Assembly: GCA_950097015.1 (NCBI GenBank)
Contig: CATNEN010000038.1
Coordinates: 15,624,001 to 15,688,000, forward strand
DNA from: Macrostomum hystrix
Lineage: Eukaryota; Animalia; Platyhelminthes
Length of the DNA stretch: 64,000 nucleotides
Reading direction: 5' to 3'
The first letter of the stretch is position 1; each line of letters begins with the position of its first letter. Positions 1-12,237 of the stretch are shown here, in pieces. The notes beneath the pieces were generated by a model that did not search any database, was not told the DNA's origin, and saw only the letters and a program-made list of their open reading frames with translations. A program made the translations under genes and the position numbers.

Positions 1-749
1 TGAGTACCTAAACGATCCAGTCTGCCTGTTTGCAAATAGCCAGGTATATTGTGACTGGCAGTTTGGGTTGAATCTAAGTGCAAATCTAAGTCTAAAGTTT
101 AAGCAATAAAGCGATTATAAACAGTGAACAGTTAGTATAGAAAGACAGAATGACGGACGCTTGATTAAAATGAAATAGTAAACAGATGTAAACAGATTGT
201 GTCTAGATAAACGAAATAAATAGTGAGACGCTATCAGTTAAACGATTAAAGCTAAATAACGAAATTAAACGACAAGAAAAAAAGATAACAGGGAAGAATG
301 ACAGGTGCGTTTAACCCACAAATTTATAATCTATAAATTTCATAATCGTAAAATTTAATTATCACTATAAACGTCATATTTATTAAATTGCAGAATTTAC
401 CGCTACAAAGGAGGACATAATAACTAATTTCACATGCCCTACATTTCACTTCCTGCTTCATGCGGTTATAAAAGCAGCACAGAAAGAAAGACTAGCTAAA
501 ACGGAAAATAAATTAGCAATGTAGCATTTGTTCAGCATTAGTCATCACTGCAGTGGAGTGAAATGGGAATAGGGTGAAGACCAGACTGGAATCTTAATAA
601 TCCTCGTGACTAGCCAGGATTGTACTTTTATAATTGCAAAGAAGCGTGCTAGCTGCTGACTAAAGAAGTAAAGGCTGTGTAAGTTATCATACTTTTCCGA
701 ATTCTAGAAACAGGCGACATAAACGATAATGACTTAAGTAACGATAATA

Positions 750-1050
750 AGAGGAGGTTGTAGCTTTGTTGTAAGAGCGTCGGATTCCAGACTTGAAGGT
801 CGGGGGTTCGATTCCCGACTCCACTGGAACAATTTTTGTCCTTTAGCAAGACACTTAACTATGCATTGTTTTAGATCACCGAGCTGTTAAATGGGTACCA
901 CTACCAAAATCCGCTGGGGTAATTGGGGGTAGGTGTGACATCAGCCAGTCCATGGACTGAACAGCCGTGCGCAGCCTTGAGATGCGCCGCGCAATGATTG
1001 CGGGTGTGCTGTCGGCTGCACATCTGGCCCAATTAGTGCGGATTTTATGC
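750..1050 (+). mobile_element. SINE family 1 (tRNA head + CORE-like domain)
   Basis: B box GGTTCGATTCC and CORE-like CCTTTAGCAAGACACTTAAC...GCTGTTAAATGGG. Homologous to the copies at 6430 and 61660. Confidence 0.85.
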
Positions 1051-1288
1051 AATAATATTTTAATGAATTAATTTCGAATAACGATAAGTAACGATAATCA
1101 CCGAAAAGTAACGATTACGACTGAAGTAACGATTTTAAGACTTAAGTAACGATAATGGCAGATTCTTTAACCACGGTCGTAACACTGATGCTCAATCCTA
1201 TGACCCATTTTAAGGCATAGGTAATCACTCTAGACCCGCACCTAAAGATAATGAGAGCAAAATAAGAGCAAAATTTGGGCTAACTAAC

Positions 1289-4200
1289 CGGATCTGTTTA
1301 AGACAGCCCACTGGCATTCGTTCGTAGCCGCCCCAGTCCAGGTATTTCATCAGCACCAGGTCCTCCTCCGGGTAGACATCGGCAATGATGGCTCGGTACC
1401 AGGCGGTGCCGAAGGGCGCAACACAGACTGCGCCGGGGTTCACAGGCCTCGGCAGGGCGGGCACGCTAGCCTGATCAGCGTAGTGCTTCATGATGGTGTA
1501 GTCCATCTTCTCCAGATGATGAAAGCTGGGGTGAGTTGGCTGCTGCATGAAGACTGTGGTGCCGCGGCACATTGCGCAGACGTTTACGTCGACTAGGGCG
1601 CCAACTGGCAGGCTCAGCTGTGGAGTTGAGAAGATTCGTTAAATTCCTAGATTAAATAGCGTGAAAACTAAACAAACACACTAAACCGGAAAATTACGTT
1701 AAAACCCGGAAAATTCCGCAAAACAAGGAAAAATACGTAAATTCAGAAATGTACAAAATATTGAAATAAGTTAAAAAATTTATATGCAGAATTACATATT
1801 TAATAAAAATTTGTAACAATGGGTAGAATGAGGGAGAGTAGCAGAGCAGTTAATGGGTCTGTCTCTCGTAAAAATGTAGGTGAGATATCTATTACGAGAC
1901 GAGGTCGCGTTTATTAAGGGTCGCTACAGCGGAGAAAAAAACTTTGGTAGATCGGTGTGCAACTTGCACAATGGGTGTATCAAACTGTCTGATAATGAAA
2001 GAGTCAGGGCAGATTATTGTCTCTGCCACAAAATGATGTGTCATTGCCCACAACCCTTCTGCAAATGTCAATAAAGCATCCAGTATCCTAAAATTTATTT
2101 TGCGCCACGGAAATTTTTTTTCGAATCTTCAATCACTCAAGAATGGGTCGAAAAGGGAAAAATGTATAGAACATTCCAGTAATCGTGCAAAAAAGAGGAT
2201 TTAAAAATGGCTTTGCGTCCACTATTTCGCTTTCTTAGACGGTCTTTTGTCTTTTAAACTCGCTACATTTACAGAAAGAGGGACACAAAGAGAAAGGAAT
2301 TGAGGGGAAAAGGATCACTAACTAATCTAGTTTTGCAACAAGCCTCCCAGTTTTAGCCGCACATAGCCAAACTGAACCAGACAAAACTCCGGAAACAGAA
2401 TAAAAAAGTTAGAAGAAAAAATCTATACTCTAGTAATTCGGCTCTCTGACTAATAAACAAGTAATGTCACAAACGTGAATCAAACAGGGCAGTCACATTT
2501 CCTTGATAAAATTTTGCTACAAGTTAAAGAAACAAATGCAGTACACGAGTGAGAGCGTAAGTTACTCCAGGTGAATAGTACCAAGATTGTACACAACTCG
2601 GAGAATATGATCCGAAGACATGCTAGTTAGTTAATTAATTTTTTTTTAATAAACTGGTAAGTCAACTTGAAAGTCAACGAAATCGTGAATTGTTCTTCAC
2701 TAAAATAAATTTCTTTATTTAGCTAGTCAAAGTTTATTAACTCGTAAAATAAATTAACAATAAATATATTTTAAACTTAGTATCTGAAAAAAATACAATA
2801 GTTGCAGGACTGCTCCGGGCAATGGCACATCATTTGGTGACATTAGACACACAGCTAATTTCGCTGACTCCTGAGCACACACGCACACAAACATCATACG
2901 CAGGCACGCACTCACACAGGTGTGTACCTCTGCCCTGACTTTCTTATTCCTTGTCTTGGAGGTTGGTCCTTAACCCTGTAAAAAATTCGGCTGCTTCCTC
3001 GGCGGGTTCTTGTGCAAAATAGGAGCGGAATCTACCAAAATCCCCCTATCTCACAAGAGTTAAAGAAACCACCCAGGAAGCAGCCGGTGTAACCGTAAAT
3101 TGTGCGGAAACCGCCGAAGAATCACCCGAACCAGAGGCCCATGGGACAACCAGAGAATTATTTACGGGCGATTCCTCGGCGGTTACTGAGCATGGAATCT
3201 TCCGAACTGGAGGGTTTTTTGGGTGATTCCATTTCGCCACCAAGAAGCACCGAGAAAACGCCTAGTTGGGTAGATTCTAAGTATGGAATCATCCGATTGG
3301 TATGTTTCCAGCGTTCGGCTGTTTCTTTTTCTGGAAACACCGCAGATTCCAACTGAAATCACCCAAAGAAACATCCCATTTTTTTGCGGGAAGGGTGTAA
3401 ATTGCCTGACGAGCTTCCAAGCCTTCTCTAACCCACCCTTTCTAGTTCAATTATAAATGGCAGTTTTATAAATGATACTGAGACAAAATATTTTGTCTGT
3501 GTATGTTTTCGGGCCGACAAAAAAATCTTAGGAGCGTCACCACCGCGTCCAGGAAGTCACTCAACTTGTGATTTATCTTGAAAGAAAATAGTGTCAAGGA
3601 GCCGCTCAAGTTAGATAAACACGCGGACATAACTTAGATAAACAAAGCCAAGTTAAAGGAGTACGGAATTATACAAAGGACTGGATTTCAATGGCCAAGA
3701 GCTGTGGCTGCTCAACGGATCACAAATAAACAACAAAGGAGGACCCAGATAAGAGATAGGTTTTGAATCACTGGCGTGTGCTAGTCTAGATACACATGGT
3801 TGATCTGCTCCGATTAGAGCATACAAGCCATGAGTTAGAGAACTAAAATCTCCTACCTAAATGCCAGTGTATCCTCCATAAAAAATCGTGGGAACAAAGC
3901 ATTTCGAGGGGGGGGGGCACAAAATTTCTGTTCCAATTGAGATCCGATTCTTTATTACGCAGTGCGAATAGAGGCAGCTGGTTTGCGCGGCCCAATGCAA
4001 ATAATACAGGCTTTAGATAAGACAGCTGCTGGATCACTCAAGACTGCAACTATCTTGAGTTGAGAGAAGGCTCATTAAAACCTATCTAAAGAGAGCTCAT
4101 TCACACTCGCATGGCCAACACTCTCTAGCAAAGTTTAGAAGTTCTAAAATTTTGAGAATCAAAAATTAATCAAAGATAGCTTTTAAAATAATGGACGAAT

Positions 4201-7200
4201 TTTAATTAATTATACAAAATTAGAAAGTCACATATTCGTTCGTTTATAATGGTCAAAATACCTTCGTAATCACACCTTGCAACATGGAAATCACACCTTG
4301 CAACAGGGAAATCACACCTTGCAACAGGGAAATCACACCTTGCAACAGGGAAATCACACCTTGCAACAGGGAAATCACACCTTGCAACAGGGAAATCACA
4401 CCTTGCAACAGGGAAATCACACCTTGCAACAGGGAAATCACACCTTGCAACAGGGAAATCACACCTTGCAACAGGGAAATCACACCTTGCAACAGGGAAA
4501 TCACACCTTGCAACAGGGAAATCACACCTTGCAACAGGGAAATCACACCTTGCAACAGGGAAATCAAACCTTGCAACAGGGAAATCACACCTTGCAACAG
4601 GGAAATCACACCTTGCAACAGGGAAATCACACCTTGCAACAGGGAAATCACACCTTGCAACAGGGAAATCAAACCTTGCAACAGGGAAATCACACCTTGC
4701 AACAGGGAAATCACACCTTGCAACAGGGAAATCACACCTTGCAACAGGGAAATCACACCTTGCAACAGGGAAATCACACCTTGCAACAGGGAAATCACAC
4801 CTTGCAACAGGGAAATCACACCTTGCAACAGGGAAATCAAACTTTGCAACAGGGAAATCAAACTTTGCAACAGGGAAATCAAACTTTGCAACAGGGAAAT
4901 CAAACCTTGCAACAGGGAAATCACACCTTGCAACAGGGAAATCACACCTTGCAACAGGGAAATCACACCTTGCAACAGGGAAATCACACCTTGCAACAGG
5001 GAAATCAAACTTTGCAACAGGGAAATCACACCTTGCAACAGGGAAATCAAACCTTGCAACAGGGAAATCACACCTTGCAACAGGGAAATCACACCTTGCA
5101 ACAGGGAAATCACACCTTGCAACAGGGAAATCACACGTTTCAGCGCGAGAAACGCACCTAACAATATGGTAATCACACTTCACAACGAGAAAATTACAAC
5201 TAAAAAACAGGAACCCCAACAGTGCAAGCATATTGCAACAGCTTAATAAACATTAGTTTTTAAACGACAATTTTGTGATTAAAACACAGAAAAATATTGA
5301 ATTACACTATAGATTTCCTCTCTGTATTTAAACACTTAATAGAATACAGCATAATAAACAACAGAATAGCTAAAACTAATCAAAAGGCGTGGCTGGTCTT
5401 GCTTGACAGGCGGCACACTGTGTATATTGTACCAGCAGAATTGCGGAGCAGTGATTAATGGCCCGCTACTATCCGTAGCATCTGCATCCCAGCCGGATAT
5501 TGTGAAGGGTGAAAGAGAGGAAACTGACTGAGAAAGAATATATTACACGTATAGCTGTAATTGTTGCTATGGCAATGATCTGCTAGGTCGGTAGATTCCG
5601 AATAGACAGAATTTGGGACAAGGAAGTGAAAAAAATGCAGGCTTTACCCGAAAGCTGACAAATTTTTGATGCATAAGAAAAGGAAAAGATACTGGCAACA
5701 GTTGCTCGCTTAGTTGAAGCAGTCGATAGCAGCGTATGCGCCAAAAAAAGAAGCAAGATAAATAACGATATCAAGGTTTCGAGGCACTTGCATATAAAAA
5801 GAGAAAGAGACACAGCTTTTTGTGTGACATTGGCAAATAAAGCGACAAGAATTTGAACAGGCAAGAGGGAAACTAAAATTAAAAAATGAAACATATGGAC
5901 AGACGATCAGACACATAATATGTCCCCACTCAACTCCACTAGCAAGCTAGCCTTCTTGAACAATGTCAAGGAGACTTACTAACCAACAGCGAAGTGAAGG
6001 GAGGAGTCACGGGAACCGCTTTCTGTGGCGGGGGGAGGGGAAGAGAAAATTGTCAGCTGACATTGCCGCAACGTGACCAAGAGGGTGGAGAAGGTTAATG
6101 GGTTGGGAACGGTCGCGTTATGCGGAGCTGTTGCAGAGCTGCTGTTGACTATTCGGGGTCCCAAAAATGGGACTTCCTCCTGTTAATAGTATCGAGTATG
6201 GGCCAGTATGGGCAATAAAAAATTAGCCAGATGTGGGCTGTGAATGAATTGTTGCATTTCTGCCCCCAGCGGGATTTGGATTTAGAAATTGTGCTGTATT
6301 GAAATTACAATTGAGAAACCGGAAAAAACTGCAGGATCAGAGCTTCAAGCTCCTCCCTTTCTGTACTCAAGAGAGTTAGGGAGAGGGTGAAGAACTGTCT
6401 GTCTTCTCTTCTACTCTTTACTCACAAAGGTTGAGAGGTTGTAGCCTAGTAGTTGAGAGGTTGTAGCCTAGTAGAGGTTGTAGCCTAGTGGTTAGGGCGT
6501 CGGACTCACGACTTGAAGGTCGGGGGTTCGATTCCCGACTCCACTGGAACAATTTGCGTCCTTTAGCAAGACACTTAACTCTGCATTGCTTCAGTTCACC
6601 CAGCTGTTAAATGGGTACCAGCATCAGCTGGGATAATTGAAGGTGGGTGTGGCGTCCCCCCAGTCGGTGGACTGAACAGCTGTACGCAGCCTTCAGATGC
6701 GCCGCGCATTAGCTGCGGCTGTGCTGTCGGCTGCACATCTGACCCAATTGGGGCAGGTGTAATCAATTATTATTATTATTACTATTACTCACAAAGCGAG
6801 TGGATTTAAGTTTAAAATAGGAATTTTTTTATTAACAATTAATACAGAGGGCATGTGTAACTAAAACAGATCTAGGCTAACCTTAGACAGGAGGCCGCTG
6901 TTTAAATATTGAACTAAATTGGGATCTGGGATCTGGGATATAGAATCCAATTGTAACAGGAAGGTGATGAAACACCTGCTCGATTAGCCAACAAATTTCT
7001 ATATTTTTAGTAAGCAAACAGTCCGTATAGAATGAGAATAAGAGCCGATTAGTTCAGAGTATATACCGAACTTTTATTACCACCTATTGCTCAATGCGCG
7101 AATGGCCTTTAATACATAGGGGCAGCCATGGTAGATGTACCTGTATGAATTGAGCAGCTGAACATAATTATTATCTACGAGTATGTTCAGTCCAGGTGTT

Positions 7201-10200
7201 ATATTATGTGGCCCATTGGCTTAGACCTTAGGGTCTTATAAAAAAGTGAATGCTTAAAAAGCCTTTCACATGAGTCATGAGTCATGAAATGAATAATTGA
7301 TTTCATTGATTTCTCCAATTTTTTCAATCCCACATTTTCTATAGCTAAATAGAATTAGCGGCAACAGAGCTCACTAAATGGAGCTAGAGAGAAAAAATGT
7401 GCAAAAGCCTACAGTACAGGGACAAAGAAATTTGAAGCCCTACAACAAAAACCACACGATGCAGCAGCGGAAGCTAATGTTAACATCGCTTTGTCTAGAA
7501 TTGTTCGTCTGTCTAGGCGGAATGTATGAATAGAAGCAAATCTACTATTGATATTTGTGAAACATGCGTAGGACAATTCAGCAAATATAAAAAGCTTTAC
7601 TTATTTAATTAACCTAGACAGCTTTGGAATTAGGCATTGCCGGATTCCAGGTATTTTAAAAGTGACTATTTCTCGATATATTTTTACCGCAACCTCGGTA
7701 ATACGAGTAGATTCTCTCAAGGACCATTAGAAGAATAATGGGATACTTTGTTTCTTGGAAAATTTATTGGAAGGCTTATTTCAATATATCTTGCTAAACC
7801 ATGTTGCTTTAACTAATTTTAGAAAGCTTCTTCCTTTATTAATTATTGAACTTCATTTTATTATTGTTTGTAATTTTTTTGCGCTAGATAAAACAATATG
7901 AAAATCTAGACAAGACCAACAAATATCCTTGATTGAAGACAGCCACAGAAGCACAAGTTATGATAGATGGGGCCATCGTGAATCTGGGTCAACTTAACAC
8001 TACAGGGAGTTTCATTCCTTGATTTGAAAATTGGCGACCTACAAAATGTAACAGCCTAAAAACTAGGTCAACTAGTGTGTAAGAAATTTGACACCCAATT
8101 CCAATTATTCATATTTGTACAACAATTTTGCAAAGCATAATTAATAGAATCATGTGCAGCCCAAAACTGCGGAACCGAGTTTAAAGAAACAGTTAAGCTA
8201 TTGAAAAAACAAAAAATATCTTTACCTGACACATCGTGGGCTGCAATGCCGGATTCCTCTGTATTGGCACAGCCGTGTTGATTGGCTTTACGTCCAATTC
8301 CGGGAATCGCTTCTTGATCACCTGCAGAGCCGATTTCACGCATTCCACTGGACCTGCAGTAGCAATTCGGTGTTTTACATGAGGATTATAATATCTAGGG
8401 ATTCTAGGTACAGATCTATGGATTCTAGGTACAGATCTAGGGATTCTAGCTACAGATCAATGGATTCTAGCTACAGATCAATGGATTCTAGCTACAGATC
8501 AATGGATTCTAGGTACAGATCTATGGATTCTAGCTACATATCTATGGATTCTAGGTACAGATCTATGGATTCTAGGTACAGATCGAAGGATTCTAGCTAC
8601 ATATCTATGGATTCTAGGTACAGATCTAAGGATTCTAGGTACAGATCGAAGGATTCTAGGTACAGATCAATGGATTCTAGCTACATATCTATGGATTCTA
8701 GGTACAGATCTAAGGATTCTAGGTACAGATCTATGGATTCTAGGTACATATCTATGGATTCTAGCTACATATCTATGGATTCTAGCTACATATCTATGGA
8801 TTCTAGGTACGGATCTATGGATTCTAGCTACAGATCTATGGATTCTAGCTACAGATCTATGGATTCTAGGTACAGATTAATCTAGGGATTCTAGGTACAG
8901 ATCTAGGGATTCTAGCTACAGATTAATCTATGGATTCTAGGTACAGATCTAGGGATTCTAGCTACAGATTAATCTAGGGATTCTAGGTACAGATCTAGGG
9001 ATTCAAGCTACATATCTTTGGATTCTAGGTACAGATCTAGGGATTCAAGCTACAGATTAATCTAGGGATTCGAGAGTTTGAAATGTTCTTGACATCTGCA
9101 GCTAAGAAAAAGAGGAAAGTTCTCAAAAATATAGGCAAAATCTAAGATTTGTTTTGCGATAATGCGGATTAAAAAGATGCGCCGAAACAGGACTGATAAA
9201 AGGGATTAAATTAACAAAAGTAGCCAAGCTATTTAATTTCTGTTTCGAAATAGCCAAATTGCCAATACTAATTCTTCACAGCCAGCCAAAATAGAGAAAT
9301 CTCAGTTTGCTTATACTAGCTTAGCTTCAAAGCTTCAACTAGCTTAAAGATTAATTTTTTCGACATTACTAGTTTCAAGCGGTCCAAGAAATCGCTAACT
9401 AGCAGTTACAGCATATCCGATATTTCTTATTAAAATCTGTTTTTTTTTCACTTCAGCTGAGCTAGCTAGTTTTAATAATCCCCAGAGGCTAGATTCTACA
9501 GTGGGATCTGTTCAGTCCCACATCTGCTTTCAGCGATAAAAAAGAGAGAATTAATCAGTAGGCAAAAGCAACTTAATGCTCGAGAATAAATGATTAAAGG
9601 TAGAGAAAGACAGAATAAGCCAGACTACAGGATTAAAAACTTATTATTCTATTTATAAATTTATAAAATAAATTCCGGCACTATCTGAAATTTGACTCCC
9701 TGAACTCTAACAAGAGGTTGCATAATGCCCCAATTTTCAAAGTACACCGCACTGCTTTTGATTGAACTAGTGGGATGTTAAATCCATTGCCAAACAATAA
9801 ATAGAGTGATAGTAATTATTACACGAGGGCTGCGGGCAATGGCATTGACACATCAATTGATGACACTTGGCCCACAGCCAGTGAGGAGGCAATTCTGCCC
9901 ATTTCGCTGATTCCTAAACACACACGCACACAGATACCGTACGCAGGCACACGCTCTCACAGGTGTGTACATCTGCCCTGACTTTCTCATCGTCAGGCAG
10001 TGTACACTCTCACTGTGCCTTGGAGGTTGGCCACCAAGGGCGTAAATCGCACGACAAGCCCCCAAGCCTTCCCTCCGCAGCTGCGCCCCAAATGAATGTG
10101 GCCTCGCTGAGGAATCGAGCTCAGCGACCTTGGTGCGACAGGCAAACACGTTAAACCATTCTGCCGATCATCACCCCTTAAAGGGAGTGATATTTAGGCG

Positions 10201-11512
10201 ATTATGAAGTTTTGGAGCATTGTGAAATTCGAAGGCTGTGTAAAAAGAATCCCAATTTGAAATTATCACTTTATCTAGGTGAGAAAATTATCTAGGTGAG
10301 CCACTACTCACCTCGGACATTTACAACCTGCGTTTTCTTATCAAAGAAATTGCGACTAATCCAAACGGAGGCGCCGGATTTGGCGCGAATATAATTAATA
10401 TTCCGACCCCTGGTGCCAACCATCGAGCCGCCGAGCTTATTAGGAATCAGGAACTGGTGGATGACATCATTGTCATCGCCGGGCACAGGAGATACGCCAC
10501 GGATGACCTTGGACCTATCCGGATACTGGTCCATCAGATGGCAGTTTCCATTCTCCATGCCGTCTTCGCTAACGCCGGCGCCGCTTAGATGACGCTGATT
10601 CAGCGGCGACAAAGACAAAGCGGCGGCTACGGCTGCTGATGACTGGCGAGCAGCCGACGCGGTGACGGCGGAGGTAGCGGCGGACGAGGCGGCGACGGCT
10701 GTGGTGCCAGCGGAGCGCGGACTAGCGACATCGGCGGCGGTGTCAACGCTTGAAGGACGACCGCTATCGTCTGAGACATCTTCGCAAGCCAGACGGTGAT
10801 GATGCTGCTGCTGATCAAGCTGAGGATGACGACAGAACTGCTCATTCTTGGCTAGCCAGTTGGCAACGCGGTCAACTTCGTGACTCGTTGTCTGCTGTTT
10901 GTCACTAATGACGGAGTCATCGACTTTCACGTTGGTTTCCACGGTCAGACAAGTCTCGGTTGACTCCTTCCTCTGCGAATCTTCCTTCTTATCAGCGACA
11001 ACGTCCTGATTGTTGTTATTGCCAGCACAGTTGGCCAAAGCCTCAGTGGATGTGGTCATTGTGGCTACTTCAACAATGTCTGTTACCGAGTCTGGCGCTG
11101 ATGCAGATTCTTGGCGCAGAATTTGAACTTCAACTTCCGATTCTACTATTTCTTCGCTAATTTCTTCTCCTAGCTCTTCTTCCTGACTGCTGCTGTCCTC
11201 TTCTTCAAGGTGATTTTCGCACTCGCTAACAGATTCCTCGGCAGCTTCTGCTTCAAGTCGGGAGTCTTTAACACTAGGTATTAGAAATTCCGCTGCTTCA
11301 ATAATGGCCTCCTTTACCTCCTCGGCTTCTAAATCCTCCTCTGACTGTTCAACTAATTTAGTAGTGTTCTCAAATTTGTCCTGACTTGGAGGCTTGGGCA
11401 GACTGCGACGAGTTGACTTGCGAAATTTGAAGTAAATAAGCAAGATTAGTGCAGATACAGAAACGCCGCTGGCTAAAAGTGCAGCTGCAGCTGGATTAAC
11501 ACGAATTGGCAT
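1289..11512 (-). CDS. AKAP1: AKAP1/spoonbill-like mitochondrial outer-membrane KH + Tudor protein (3'-partial; continues beyond left edge)
   Basis: Exons 11512-10312, 8353-8226 and 1617-1289, all GT-AG and phase-consistent; a probable next acceptor at 8-9. N-terminal hydrophobic anchor followed by basic residues (MPIRVNPAAAALLASGVSVSALILLIYFKFRKS), acidic linker, KH domain (FLIPNKLGGSMVGTRGRNINYIRAKSGA...GPVECVKSALQVIKKRF), then extended Tudor (VFMQQPTHPSFHHL...AWYRAIIA...KYLDWGGY...LKQIR). This matches the AKAP1 C-terminus as I recall it. Confidence 0.88.
2803..3430 (-). mobile_element. SINE family 2 copy interrupted by a DNA-transposon insertion
   Basis: 2803-2973 and 3391-3430 are contiguous parts of the family 2 consensus (GGAGGTTGGCCCTCAA|GGACGTAAATTGCACGACAAGCCCCCAAGCCTTCTC). 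Confidence 0.75.
2974..3390. mobile_element. Non-autonomous EnSpm/CACTA-type (CMC) DNA element
   Basis: Ends CCCTGTAAAAAAT and ATTTTTTTGCGGG form imperfect TIRs. 2-bp TSD AA. Internal GAAA(C/T)CACC subterminal-type repeats. Boundaries are fixed by the SINE it splits. Confidence 0.7.
4268..5136. repeat. Minisatellite, 21-bp unit GGGAAATCACACCTTGCAACA, about 41 copies
   Basis: Directly visible and highly homogeneous; lies in an AKAP1 intron. Confidence 0.97.
6430..6784 (+). mobile_element. SINE family 1, full length with TSD
   Basis: A box TAGCCTAGTGG, B box GGTTCGATTCC, CORE-like domain, (ATT)n tail, and 12-bp TSD TTACTCACAAAG (6418-6429, 6785-6796). Confidence 0.9.
8393..9070. repeat. Minisatellite, 21-bp unit GGATTCTAGGTACAGATCTAT
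   Basis: Ends about 40 nt from the AKAP1 acceptor at 8354-8355. Confidence 0.95.
9812..10178 (-). mobile_element. SINE family 2 (tRNA-derived)
   Basis: Homologous to 15526-15891, with A/B-box-like head on the minus strand. Confidence 0.85.
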
Positions 11513-11965
11513 AATACCAATGGTACCTACAATTGTTTTAGAGTGACATAAGTCAATTTGTTGTATATAATTATAAGACAATAATAATAAGGCCTAAAAC
11601 ACGATTTTAAAAGGGTGCTTTGAATTCTTAATGATAAACTTGCTTTAGGCTAGATGTTACTAAGTTATCAAAATGATTTTAATATATTTCAAATTTAGTT
11701 TGCTTCATTAACTCACTTTATTTAACTAACTTGGCTACTGTATATTAGAGACAGACACTAAGACAGTATGTACTTACTCATCATGTCAGTTTTTTCTTAG
11801 ACTTCAAAATGAATAAATATGAATACTATTTAGCTACAAAGAATAAAAATATTCATATATCAAATATGATATATCATATATCATAGTTTAATGTTCTTAA
11901 GACTATGCAGAATGATGCAGTCCTATCTGCATATAACATATCAAGTTAAGACATCCATGGCTTAA

Positions 11966-12237
11966 CATACATGCGCAACACCCGGCCGAACCGGCCGGGT
12001 GAAACAAGGGCCAAGCAAGGTAAGTCGCAAAAACCAATTGACCAAGCACAAAAAAATCAAAGGGGGGACCAAGGGACAAAAAAGGAAGGCGTGAAGAAAA
12101 GGAAAAAGGGGAGATAAAAAGAGAGCAAATGAGAGCAAACTAAGTCGTAAATAGAGCAATGAAATGAACTAAGTCGCAAATGAGAGCAAAAACTAAGTTG
12201 CATGGCTAGCTAAGATTTGGGAGGTTGCGCATGTATG
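11966..12237. mobile_element. MITE with 14-bp TIRs and 8-bp TSD (hAT-like)
   Basis: TIRs CATACATGCGCAAC / GTTGCGCATGTATG; perfect TSD TGGCTTAA (11958-11965, 12238-12245). Confidence 0.85.

Noticed and set aside
4206-5246. Four overlapping ORFs of about 300 aa (ARCDFPV, LQQGNHT repeats)
   Set aside because: Products of a stop-free 21-bp tandem repeat inside an AKAP1 intron; open in several frames on both strands.
6474-6545. tRNA gene
   Set aside because: A/B boxes are present, but the sequence continues into a SINE body with a tail and TSD and has no proper acceptor stem.
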